A stretch of 64,000 nt of DNA from Tubiluchus corallicola (Eukaryota > Animalia > Priapulida): assembly GCA_030141605.1 (NCBI GenBank), contig JAQGDQ010000698.1, forward strand, positions 1-64,000. The letters are read 5' to 3'. The position numbers were made by a program, and so were the translations under genes. Positions 13,101 to 25,000 of the stretch are shown here, piece by piece; position 1 is the first letter of the stretch; each line of letters begins with the position of its first letter. The notes under the pieces are model-generated. The model was not told the origin of the DNA and ran no database searches. It was given only the letters and a program-made list of their open reading frames with translations.

Positions 13101-13824
13101 ACAGTAGAGTAGTCTCAGATTGTGCTTGCCAACCGAAGTTAAAAATTGGCATAAAGACTAGTCATTGGGTGGGTAGTCTCTGAGTTCGATACTCATTCTG
13201 GGCTCTTTAGTTCTGCATACTGACTCTGGCTGTTCACTTGATTAAGGGAGGATGTACATCACATCAGACTGTGGCTAACACACGTCTGTCGGTTCATTAC
13301 TTGATAGTCATGTCTTACATTCAGTAAACCTACAAACGAGCTAGGTTCCAGTTTTGCCACAAACAAAACCACTGAATAAGCCACCTTGCTGAATGCTGGA
13401 CTCCAGCTTGCTGTACATGTTAGAAACAGACCATGTTGCATCTTAGCCGATTATTTTTTTTGTTTGTTTGGTTCAGTGATAACAAATTGCAACAGAGTAG
13501 TTACTCTGCTGATATACAAAAGTGTATTTTTTCTGGTATTGACTGTATGGTTGTGACAATACTAACACTTTTAATTACATATTACTTCTAGTGGTATAAA
13601 CACAAGCAGCATAATATGCCATTTATGCTTTTTGATTATATATCAAACTATATGACGTACTTTAATTATAGGACGCCTCTAGCAGTATAAATGCAACAAC
13701 AGGGACAAGCAATGAAGAGGTACTACAGAGTTATAGGCAGTTGTACATCGACTATTATAGCGAATATCTTAATCAAAATCAATTAAATACTGCCAAGGCA
13801 TGTCCCAGACTTGCTTTTTACTAA
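8361..13824 (+). CDS. Uncharacterised 284-aa protein, 5 coding exons
   Basis: Exons 8361-8711, 9014-9156, 10943-11050, 11673-11772 and 13672-13824. All introns are GT-AG with compatible phases (0,2,2,0); total 855 nt with no internal stop (MNCSNRPRILRSPLTGLTPTK...CPRLAFY*). Upstream acceptor at 8289 with an in-frame stop before the ATG; AATAAA at 13851 and 13888. Confidence 0.7.
10060..10450. mobile_element. CpG-rich interspersed repeat with (TATG)n, possibly a Helentron/DINE-like non-autonomous element
   Basis: (TATG)n at ~10118-10150 adjoins a CpG-rich body containing CCGATTTTTTCGAAATTTTG-type motifs; composition differs from the host intron. Family assignment is tentative. Confidence 0.3.
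11925..12835 (+). mobile_element. Decayed CR1-like LINE 3' fragment, interrupted by a MITE
   Basis: Translates as LYKAYV*PLLEYSTVVWSLSLKSDIKRLQKVQ, SLQQRREAADL**VFK and RVVAKWNSLPENVVSA, resuming after the insertion as SNFKHF. This is the typical CR1 ORF2 C-terminus, here with stops. Confidence 0.8.
12343..12785. mobile_element. hAT-like MITE, 443 bp, nested in the CR1 fragment
   Basis: TIRs CAGGTTCGGAACTGG and (reverse complement) CAGGGCCGGAACTAG; perfect 8-bp TSD GTTAGTGC at 12335-12342 and 12786-12793; GCGCCCCCC subterminal motifs. Confidence 0.88.
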
Positions 13825-13850
13825 TTGCTACTTTGATAGTTAGCTAACTG

Positions 13851-13893
13851 AATAAAGGTGTGAAAAAGAGAAATGCAAGCTGCACATAATAAA
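13851..13893 (+). promoter_or_regulatory. Candidate polyadenylation signals of the uncharacterised gene
   Basis: AATAAA at 13851 and 13888, just after the stop codon at 13824, followed by T-rich sequence. Confidence 0.45.
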
Positions 13894-16023
13894 GATTCCG
13901 TTTATACCTTTTCAAAATTCGTGTTTTTAACAAACTTTTGTATTTTAAAATTTTTATTATGATATGTTATAAACATAGCTTGTAGCATGTTTTAATATCC
14001 ATTATGCAAAAATTTTAAAAGCAATGTTGAATGTGATAATTTGTATTCAAGAATTTGTGAAACAATGTCTGATTTTCGAAACGAAATTTTTCTCAATGTT
14101 AATGATTAGTAAAAGCATAAATGAAAGTTTTGCCAGTTCAAATAATTGGTTATGCGTGCTTTTTAGCCTGTTTCTAATTTGTAAATTAAAAAAATGAAGA
14201 ACGTAATTCATAATTATCACATTTTGTGCTATTTATGATGCAAAAGTACGTTAATGTTTCAAAAGTATTTATACTTATTGAAACAGTAATGCTGTATAAT
14301 TACAACATGTACAGCAGTAACGTATTCGTGGCATTAAGAGTGACCTGGAGTAATTACGGACTTTACATTTTTTTGGAAAAATTCATTTTATAATACATAT
14401 AATAGCATTTTATAACGTCTGTCATACAAATTTTAGATATATATTCAATATCTGATAGTATTCATCATTCCATTAATAACTGTTCGTCTTTCTATTAGCT
14501 AAAGTTAATACATGTATCCACCCTGTATCGCATATCCTAGTGTGTCACAGTAATGTCTAGTGCATGAAGGCTGAAAGCTGTGAACGGCAGACTCCAACTT
14601 CTGTGGGAAATCATTCTCGCAAAGTGAAGTCAAGTAACAAATGCAACACTTTGTAGTATTTTACAAAAGCATTTGAAAAATGAATAAACACTTTGATATT
14701 TTAGCTCTTAACGTCTTGGATGTTTCTAAAGTTTTGGAAAATACTAGCAAAATGCAGACATTTACATCATGCAGAGCTCTTTACATCATACCTAGTGTGC
14801 TGTCTTAATACATACTAATTTTTTAAAGCATATTGACTATTATAATAACTTTATCCACACAGGGAAACTGTACCAATTACACGTTCCTACACCTGCTTCA
14901 TGTGTGCTAGAATATGGCAAAATTCATTCACGAGCTTCAGCTAGTAACATGATTGACTGTAATCTATCATATTCTAAGTAGATTATGATATTCAAACCTG
15001 TTTTCTAATGTTCACCAATCACTAGAATTTGGTATATTTATACCTCATCTTTAGCAACTTAGTTTTTAAGATTAACAACATAATAATTACGTAGATTCAT
15101 ATTCTTCTCTTGGAGCATTTAGACAGTAAGCATATAACATGATTTGGTTATATAAAGTTTAGTTTTTCATAAGGCAAGATGGATAATTTTCATTTTTGTC
15201 TGACACATGAACATCAACTTTTACTAGTCCAACAGCATATTAGCCATTTTAATTAGTAACTAATACGAAATAGCACATCAAACAGCTCAGATTGGTTTAA
15301 CCACGATAATTTAACTGTTACATTCATATTTGTCAAAATGACACGTTTCATTTTCTGATGTGTTTTTAAAGTCAATAAAAGTAAATAAATCACGTCACAC
15401 AAATTTATAAAAAGGCATTCAAAAATTATGACAGTAACTTAAAAATCCTTATTATCAGCCCATAAAATGAATTGTCAAGACAGTTTACCTTATACAGAAT
15501 CATGAAAATATCGTACAGGAAATTCAAACACAGTAAAAAATCTTAACACTTTGGCAAAATAGACTTTCCAAGACCAATGACAACAGTTATTTACCATTGA
15601 TATTCAAACTGAAGATTTTAACTATTGCAGTCTGTGTATTAGATCTCTCTATCTACTAAACATAGAACAGCGTTTGAGTATTTTATTTTATGATTATTTG
15701 TAAGAAAACTCAGTTTTTACAATATCATTATTAGGCAAAACGAAAAATTTAGCTTAAAGAAGCTAAGTAGTAAAATTAACCAAGAAACGTAAATAGTACT
15801 GCAGATTGCAGGTTATTAAGTAATTTATTATATATTTTCTTAGCTCATCAGCTTCACGCAGGACAAAATATTATTTGCTGCTCATACATTACTAAATTAC
15901 TATTTGAATAAATGTGTTTCAAACACCTTAACTTTGATATTAATTAACAAATAAAAGTAGGTACACATTTTATTTATACCTTATAGGAATATTTTTACTG
16001 TACGTAATACAAAAGGATGAATA

Positions 16024-19000
16024 TTATACAAAAGGGTGAATACTTAGCTCAACTGCCGTACAGGGAAGATTTAAATCAAACTTTGTTACCACATCAGGAT
16101 GAAGCACACCAATGTTGCCAACAATCTGGCCTTTATATACGATTTCAGCGCATCTCCCAGAGAAAAAAGTTGCATCTAAAACAATAAAAACAGAAATATT
16201 TCTAGTTATTTTGAAAATAAGTGGAGAAAACCTGCTGGTAAAATTTATTGAGGGTGACTTTTTCAAAACTTGGATTACAGCTACAATTGTCCTAATACAT
16301 AAGTATATAATTTGTTTTTACACACCAGTTTTCATGCTATTGAAACTTAGGGACTGTGTGAAGCTTTGATGCATTTCAATGGGTTTATGCAGATTACTAT
16401 TCAACTGTGATTTGCATTGCCTAAAAAGTTTAGAATGCTTCACATTACTATTGAACATGTTACAGAATTAATGCTTAAGAATCAGCACAAGATTAAATAT
16501 TAGTACATACCATCACAAGAGTGAAGTGCATAGCCATTGTCCTTATCGAATGGTATATCCAACAGCTGCATAACTCTATCCACTAGCCCATGAATAACCT
16601 CAAAACCAGGATGCTTATTATAGTAAACAGCACACAAATGTCGTTCATTCCTTGCTCCTACATCTGAAACAACTGCAACTAATGACTCAGGGATAATTTA
16701 CAATAATTAATATGACATTAGTGAGTAAACAAGGATAAGTAATTTTAAAACTATTAAAATGTGTCACAGATTAAGCAAGCAAAGAATAATGTGTAAAAAT
16801 ATATACACGATAAAACCACCCTTTCAAGTTCCTTGAGTAGTACTTTGTAGAAGCTAACTAACAAGAGTAAACCATCACCTGCCAAACTATTACCAGCCAT
16901 AGCTTCAAGAAACAGTGTATACTGCAGAGCTTTACCTAAATATATTCATTTATAGTTTCTAAATTCATTTAAAGCCTTTGCAATCCATACTAAGGTGATG
17001 AGTCATGACTCATACTTCTATAGTAGGGATAGGCTACACCTGTTGGCTAATTGAATTAGTCGGTTAATTGGGTTAAAACACTGCCATCCCAAAGTGAGTC
17101 TATTAAGCAGTGCCTCATGTATGTACAAATTTGCATATAGGTTTTTGGGGGTTGTCCCACAAATGGGCCCATACCACACATAAAGCCCACCTAAAGGTTA
17201 ATACTGCCATTCAAGCCGTAAGCATCTAAGGCCTCTTTATCATCTGATATAGTTAAAAAATTATTACCAGATTGAGAGAATGAAACCGATTTTTTAAGTT
17301 CCAGGCTCTCGGATTGATAATTATTATTTTAGTAGTTAGTGTAGAATCTAGTTTATTTATACTTTATTTTTAATGTGCCAAAATTAACTTGAGTGTTGAC
17401 GACAGAAGAGATTTTACTTTTATGGCAGAAATGTGATGCAGGTTTCACAACTATCATAATTTATCATCACTGTTAAGAAAAATGAGATCTGCTCTGCAAA
17501 GACATGTGCACAGGCACCTTATAATTAAAATAGCATTAGTGACCGTTTCTTCATTGTTTTATAATCAACCAAAATGCGTCATTTGACTGATTGGTGAAAT
17601 TAGTGCACATAAAACAGCAATTCTTTTCCAATTTAAGATCATCTGCAAGATGGCTTTGAATGCAGAATGCAGGAAGTGGGTAGCTGCTTTGGGGTTCCAC
17701 CCAGAATCCCGTTGGGGGGGGGTACAAATCATTCTCCCAGACCCTTAGCTTATTGTTTTCCTCTTTTATGCAGAGAACTATGCTGAATCTAATGTTAGAA
17801 ATGAACGACAGGACAATATAGGCAAAACTATCCTTCCTTTAAACCCAACCAAACAAGGCAACATATCATTTTTGTATGCGACTATGATGACAACGTTTCA
17901 GTCAATTTTTCAAGACTCATAGTTAAAGCAATATTTTACTGATAAAAAAAACCGGTAATTTGTACGTTATCATCAACAAAAGAAACAATTTAACATTTAC
18001 CCATGTCACCATCTTTGAAAACAACATCTGAGATTTCAAAAATCTTCATGGGCAGTGGCATCTTTTTGTTACTGGCTATAGTTTTAAGAAGACCTGGTAA
18101 TAATGTCGTCCTAGCTACCTGAAACAATCAGTGAACAAACAAAAATTATTTTGGGCAGCCTTTACATGTCTTTATTATTAAAGCACATTCTCAACAACAT
18201 TTCTGTGCTATAAAGAGCCAGATACAAATGATATTATACTGTGTTACAGATACAAATTATATTTGCAATTTATAAATCATACAAATTACAAACACACATC
18301 TCAAACAAACCCTATTTACAGTCATCAGTACAGTACACATAACAGAGTATACATCCAGTACTATACTATAAGCTATGTTGGCACAAGCACCTCTCAATCT
18401 AGTGAAACTTCAACTGATCATAAAAACGATGCTTATGCCAAGTATAAATGTTAGAAAAGCGGGTATCGTTCTTTTTCTGGAATATAAAAACTTTCAGTAA
18501 GAGCTCTAATAAAGAAAGCACAAACTCCAGAATAAAAATAATAGAGCTTCATTATCACGTGAATGTTTCACTGCTAGAAGAATGTGTATGAGTGTGGACG
18601 AAGTATAAATCAAGAAATATTTAAATCAACACTAAAATAATTATGTATTTAATTCGATTCCATACCTGGAATTCCAGTGTCTTGGGATTTGAAATACTAA
18701 CTGCTTTCGAAGTTTCTATTGTTTTTCTCAGTTTATCAGCTATATCTTCTCTAGAACACTAAAAAGATTAAACCCATTTTAAAATCACTAACCAAGAAAA
18801 GAGAAGGATACGTAACATTAAAAAATGTTGTCTTGAAATTTTGTAATACCGACGTGCTGTATAAAACTTGCAAACTTAAACTTTCACACTAACAGTTAGA
18901 TTGCAACTATTTTAACAGTCAGTTACTGAGCAAGAAATCAAAGCAAGTTCAGATGGTTCTGGATAAACTTCTAAAAAAAATCAGAACATGTGTAGCACAC

Positions 19001-22000
19001 ACTTTACTAAGTAAATAAAAATAAAAATTATTCAGTAAGATTAATAATATTTTTGTGCATGCAGGGATAGTGAGTTAATGACATTTTACCAGTTGGCACG
19101 AACATTTTAAATTGGCAAGACCTTTCTTTTTCAATTAAACAAGTCTTTCAGACAAGTAACAGAATTACTTGTAATAGTAATATAACTTTGTATAAAATAC
19201 TTTTTTAGACTTTAAATGTCTCTTTTCTTCCCATTTACAAAAGTATTTAATTAAACAGTGAGTAATAAGTACAAGTTAGCAAGTGAGTGAGTGAGTGGCA
19301 AGCAAAGGATGCGCACTATATTTATATCCACCCACGGAAATTCAGTTGCACAGTGGCACGAACACTAGTGAACTTATTATGGAAAGTGAAGGCACACAGT
19401 TCTTTACTTACCAATGAAAATGTTAATGCTTCTGTAAATCCAGCCATTGCGATCTCTTGTCGTAACAGGTCGGTCAGTTTATTAAGACTGAACTAAATAC
19501 AAATAACAATTTTACAACAACAAAGTTTTTGATAAACATAAGGTTTTTATAAACTACTAAACACAGTTCTATTGAAATACAAATTTTAAATGCAGACAGA
19601 CAAGGAAAGTCATAAAAGTTCTCATTTGTAAAAAAAGCTGAAATCACACAGATATATAAGAGCAAATTCTTCGTTTTCATAATAATTTTTTCTGTGTTTT
19701 ATAATTCTGTGTAGCGAATGTATTATAAATTATAAAATAATCTAAAATTATGAAGTTCTTCTGCCTCTGTCCTTCCATTTTGCATAGCTGATAATACTAC
19801 TCAGAGGTGTACTAACATTACATCTTTAGAATTTTCATATTTAGGGGATTTTTTTTGTAATTATAGTAAATCTTGGCCTGGTGACAAAAACAAACTTCAG
19901 TAACTTTACTTTCTAAATTTTGAAATAACATAATATATAATGTATATATATATAATATAATTAATAATATATAATATATATATATATTAATGATATATAA
20001 TTACATACTTAAACTCGAAATCGTCATAAAGGATGTTAAAAAGTAAAGACATTAAAAAGGTGCTTAAAAAGTATCATAAAATGCAAAAGTCAGCCTTTAT
20101 ATCAGGCGAATCACTATATAAAATAGGGTAGAATAATCAGCGAAAAATTACCTCAGACGATATTGTGCCAGATTGTGGAATTGTCATTTGAATGTTGTTG
20201 TAACCATATGCTATTGCAACATCTTCAATAATATCACATGCGTGTATCACATCCGGCCTAGTTGGAGGTATTTCTACACACAACTTTGTTCCTCCCTCAG
20301 TCACTTTTGTTTTTAAACACATGCTAGTCAGCAGAGCTGCTATACTTTGTCCATCTTCACTACAAGCAAGATCAAGGATTTGAAAAGAAATACTTATGAA
20401 GGCTTGATTGCTTAAGTGATTAATAATGAAATGTAGTTAACAGAACAAAGCAGACAAATAATTTTACTAATACTATTCCTACAAATTTGAAAGAGTTAAT
20501 AGTGTTGTCATTTATCCAAATAACTATTTAATGCTTGTAATTTGGGTGTAAATATTTCCTTTTTGCTTCCCAATTCTTCATAATCAAAATATAACTAATA
20601 TTATCCACTAAATTTCTTCAGTGGGAATCAAGAAATTGATGGCACTGCTAACACCTACTAATGGATTCACAAAAGCTATCACAGCAACACCAACAGAAAA
20701 TGGGAAGATTCCCTGTCAAAAGAACTAAGTTTATACACACACAGCAGTCTACATACATACTACATGTCGCAAAAAAGCAACAAAATTCCATTTTCCCCAT
20801 AGTAGTTGTACCTCATTTATTCCAGCCAACTAAAGACATGCACATTTTCACTTACTTTATTCCTACTTTCTTGTTAATTTCGTCTACGGATAACTCCTCA
20901 AGGCGATATTTAAGTTCCTAAAAATATAAATTTTGAGTAATAAATTAACAAAGTTTAAAACGATATGAAAAAATGAAATACTGAAATTCATTGAGTCAAT
21001 ATTTTTGATCTCGATAATTAAAGAAAAGCTATATTACTCTGCCCCCCTTCTCTTTTTTCTGCCTCCCCTTCTCTCTCCATCTCTCCCTCCCTCACTCTCT
21101 CTCTTTCTTGCTCTATCTAGAAACACTTGAACAACTATAATACTGATAAAATAAAAGTAGCTCACAATGTATGAAAACTAATTTACTCATGTCTACAGTC
21201 ATGCTGTTAACATTGAATATCATAAGTACAAGCTGTCCTTATTTTGTAACAGTTGATGCATATAAACAATAATGTTTAGTAAGTGGGAATTTTTTTAAAA
21301 TGATAACTAGTTTTCTTTAACTGTCAGCTAAACCCGGTGGAGCAAGTTACCGTGTAATTATAATTGATATTTACTTTGATCATTTTTATTAACTTATATG
21401 ATATATGTTTATTTAATGTCTTGATTGTTCCCAGTGTAAATACTGTCAAATGTAAATATATGACAAATACGAAATTGATTCGGAATACAGTATTAACTCA
21501 AACATAATCTCTCCCATTATTTCTCCTTCCTTATCTGTAAAGATGAAAATGAGAAGTATCTACACACAAGACACATCTGCTGGTTTGTCCCTAAAACTAA
21601 AAAACAGAAACTACCTACCGGATAAATTACACTAGTACCGTCTACTTGAATAACTTCAGCTTGTTCCACCCTAAAAAAATAAATAACATTTTAAACCTTG
21701 AATTAATTTCAAATAAGCCTGTGCTTTGATTAACGAGTTATACAAAAAAATCCAAAATCAAAATGAAAAAACCTTCTACTTACGTAAATGGCTTAGTGCA
21801 ATGTTCACTGAACATAGCAACTAGCTGGTCCAGGACAATTTTTGCCTGAAATAAAAGCAGGATGGTAATGCTTAATGATTGCAAAATCTTGTCCAGTAGA
21901 CCAGCATTACATTTATTAATACTGTTTAGAGAATTGCCCACCAAGTCTACCTTTATTCAGAGCCAGCCACACAGGCATAATCATTCGATAGCTGTGTTAC

Positions 22001-25000
22001 AAACAAGTATAGATTGACAAAGTACAGGCTCACCTCACCAGAAAAATTTGCATGTGCAGACAATGCAAAACAAAAGCATATATTTTAATTACACAGGAAA
22101 ATGTACAGAATTAAAACAAGATCATCACCTCACCTTGCTAAAATGAGTTAAACTTTTTATAGTTTCTTTTATATATGGAGCTTAAAATCTCACCTTATAG
22201 ATAACTGCATATCAGTGTTTGGTAATCAATACTTGAAGTAGGTACATAAAACTATTTTAAGTTTTTTTAACTTCCAAGCATTTCAAACACGCTTACATGT
22301 GCCTTAACAAGGTATTGAAGATTTCCACTCAGAATTATTTTTGTAAGTAATGTTGCGTTAAGTGAAATGCAATAAAATAATGCACATGAACATGAAAGAA
22401 TATTTACATGGCAAGACTTGAAACCATCTACAAAATCTGCAATATTGTCTAATGACATGCAACTTCGAAAAAACTTTTTTAATGAGCATGTAACCATATG
22501 CGACATATGGCCATCCTTGCAAACAGCAGAGTTTCAAATACCATCCATCCACCTACTTCAATATCACTTTTATAAAAACTTATAGCTGTCTAAACAGCTA
22601 GAAATGCTGTTACCTTTGTTAGATCCGTTGCTGTACTCTCAATGAAAACATTGCGGGTCGCCAATGAGATTTTTGAATGATCGCCATTGATGATTGGTGG
22701 CATCGACAAGACAACTCCAGTACTGTCATAGATCACAGGGTAAACTGGTTTGTCTCGAATAATTGGTAGATAGTGCCGAAGATGGCTGTCTGTCTAAAAC
22801 CAGCAAATAAAAGTGGCTAAGGTCAAGTGGATATTTCTATTTATCATTTTGTAACTTAAAAAATCACAGTTCCTTCTACAAAAATGATTTCTACCCAAAA
22901 TGGTTAAAAAGCATAGATCTATACTCTATGGCCAAGAAAGGTTTAGTTCCTAGAAACTTAAGTGAAACAAAAAAACAATTTATAAACATAAATTCAAAAT
23001 TGTTTAATAATTCTCATTTATGCTCAGTTTAAATGTTATGAACAGGATAATGATCTATCTAAGAGTACGCTGCAACTTCAAGAAAAGTTTTGCACTGTGT
23101 AGCTTTGGGAAAGTTTAGCATTTCAGTTGTTGTTATAGAAAATCATAGTTTTGAGAAGCTAAATAATTTTTGCTCGTAAAAACTTTTGACAATTTTCATT
23201 TTTTTTTTCTAAACAAATACACGACAGAAAAACCATGGCTAGAAAGCAGATGGCAGGACACTTGTTATTGCACTAATTAAATGGTCACGTTGACATAAAA
23301 AGAATCTAATCCAGCATTTTGCAGGGATACTTATTAGTGTTGGATAATGGAACACAATTTCAAGATTTTCCTGTACAAAGCTAATATAAGACCTTTTTCA
23401 TGCGTGTGAAACATTTCCACCTGGGAGTTGTCAACAAGACATTGTAGTAAACACTATAAAGATACAAATATAAACATAAAGTACAAAGTATAGACAGAGC
23501 AGTATAGAATTGACACAGACTTAGAATACTACTGACATGTGCTACAACGTACGAAACTGGATAGTAATCAGTGACCATCATGACAAAGTGGTCAGCTGAA
23601 TAAGAGCAGATCAACTTTGGTATGTGAAGCAAATAAAATACAAACAACATGGTATATGAAAGTTTTTAAGGCTTGTACATTTCTAAAGCACAAGTAAGTG
23701 AACTCTAGAAGATTTAAAATTTTTTAAAAAATCACTAAATAAAAACAGAATGAAATATAACATTCTTAACTTACAGAGTATAGATCCATTAGTTCTACAG
23801 CAGTATACTCCTTTGTTTGATTCAATGGTTTAAACTTGATATCAGATGGTGGCCTAGCTTCATATGAAAAAGGACCTTTTACAGTGTCCAAGTCATGGGT
23901 GCCAATAGCCACCAAACTACGTTTTCTGCAAAGATTCTGATGCAGCTTGTCTTGTAACTCAATGAAACTATTATAAGATTCCTAAACAAAAAATATAAGC
24001 CAAAATCATGTCATGCCAGTAGTAAAATAATCACAAACAATTGATGATCAAAAACAAAAATCATGAAATATAGTAATAAATTTATGAGTTTGCTGAGATT
24101 GAATTTCACTGAAAATGGAAACAAGAAAAACTCACAGGAGTAAAAGTTATATTCCTGAGAACTGCAGCAACACAGTGTGGTCGGACAACAGATGTCTGAA
24201 AAATGAAACAGGTTATTAATTAACTCAGTTTGTGACATTTTGTAACTACTTTCTCTCTGTCAGAAGTTAATTGAATAGGAAAAGACTGCTTCAGAGCAGA
24301 GGACCAGTTCCTTGAACATGCCGAGGAATGATCTTTAGATGTTCTGAACGACAAAAACAAGACATGCTCTAACCTAATCAGTGACACATTGAAACATTTT
24401 GTGAGTGCCTTTCTGCTGAGGTCCTGAAATCTGTTACTCGATGAAACCAAATCACTTCAGATGGCCAATAACCACCATCAAGACCTGGAGAAAAGGTGTT
24501 TATTTGGTATATTGTAATTTTATATAGGAGAGGACCATTGATACTGCAAGTAGATGACCTTCAGCTCAGACTAAGTGATATACGGTTAATTGATAAGAAC
24601 GCAATTGGTTTTTTCTTTGACGATTAATCTACCAAAGGCTTTTTGTTCTAAGTCAATTAACTGACTACGATAGTTACCGGTAACTGACTAGCCAACAGAC
24701 GTTACATCCCTCCTACCCAATACTTTAGAATGTTAGTTTGCACTTTAGTCTACCCTTGAAGCCCACTACGTCATTGCTCTACCATAGATAAAATCAGCTA
24801 GTATCGAGACACAGACTAAAATGCCACGTGTTAAGATAAAATATTATGATTAAGCATGATGGTAATGCTTCAAATGTTACCAGTTTTTGTTAACAGTGTG
24901 TTGCTTTATTTAACTTTGCCTCTTTGCACATATTTTGAATTATGACCTAAGAGTGACCTTTTGGATCTTTATCATTAAACCATGTCATCTTGCATTTTTG

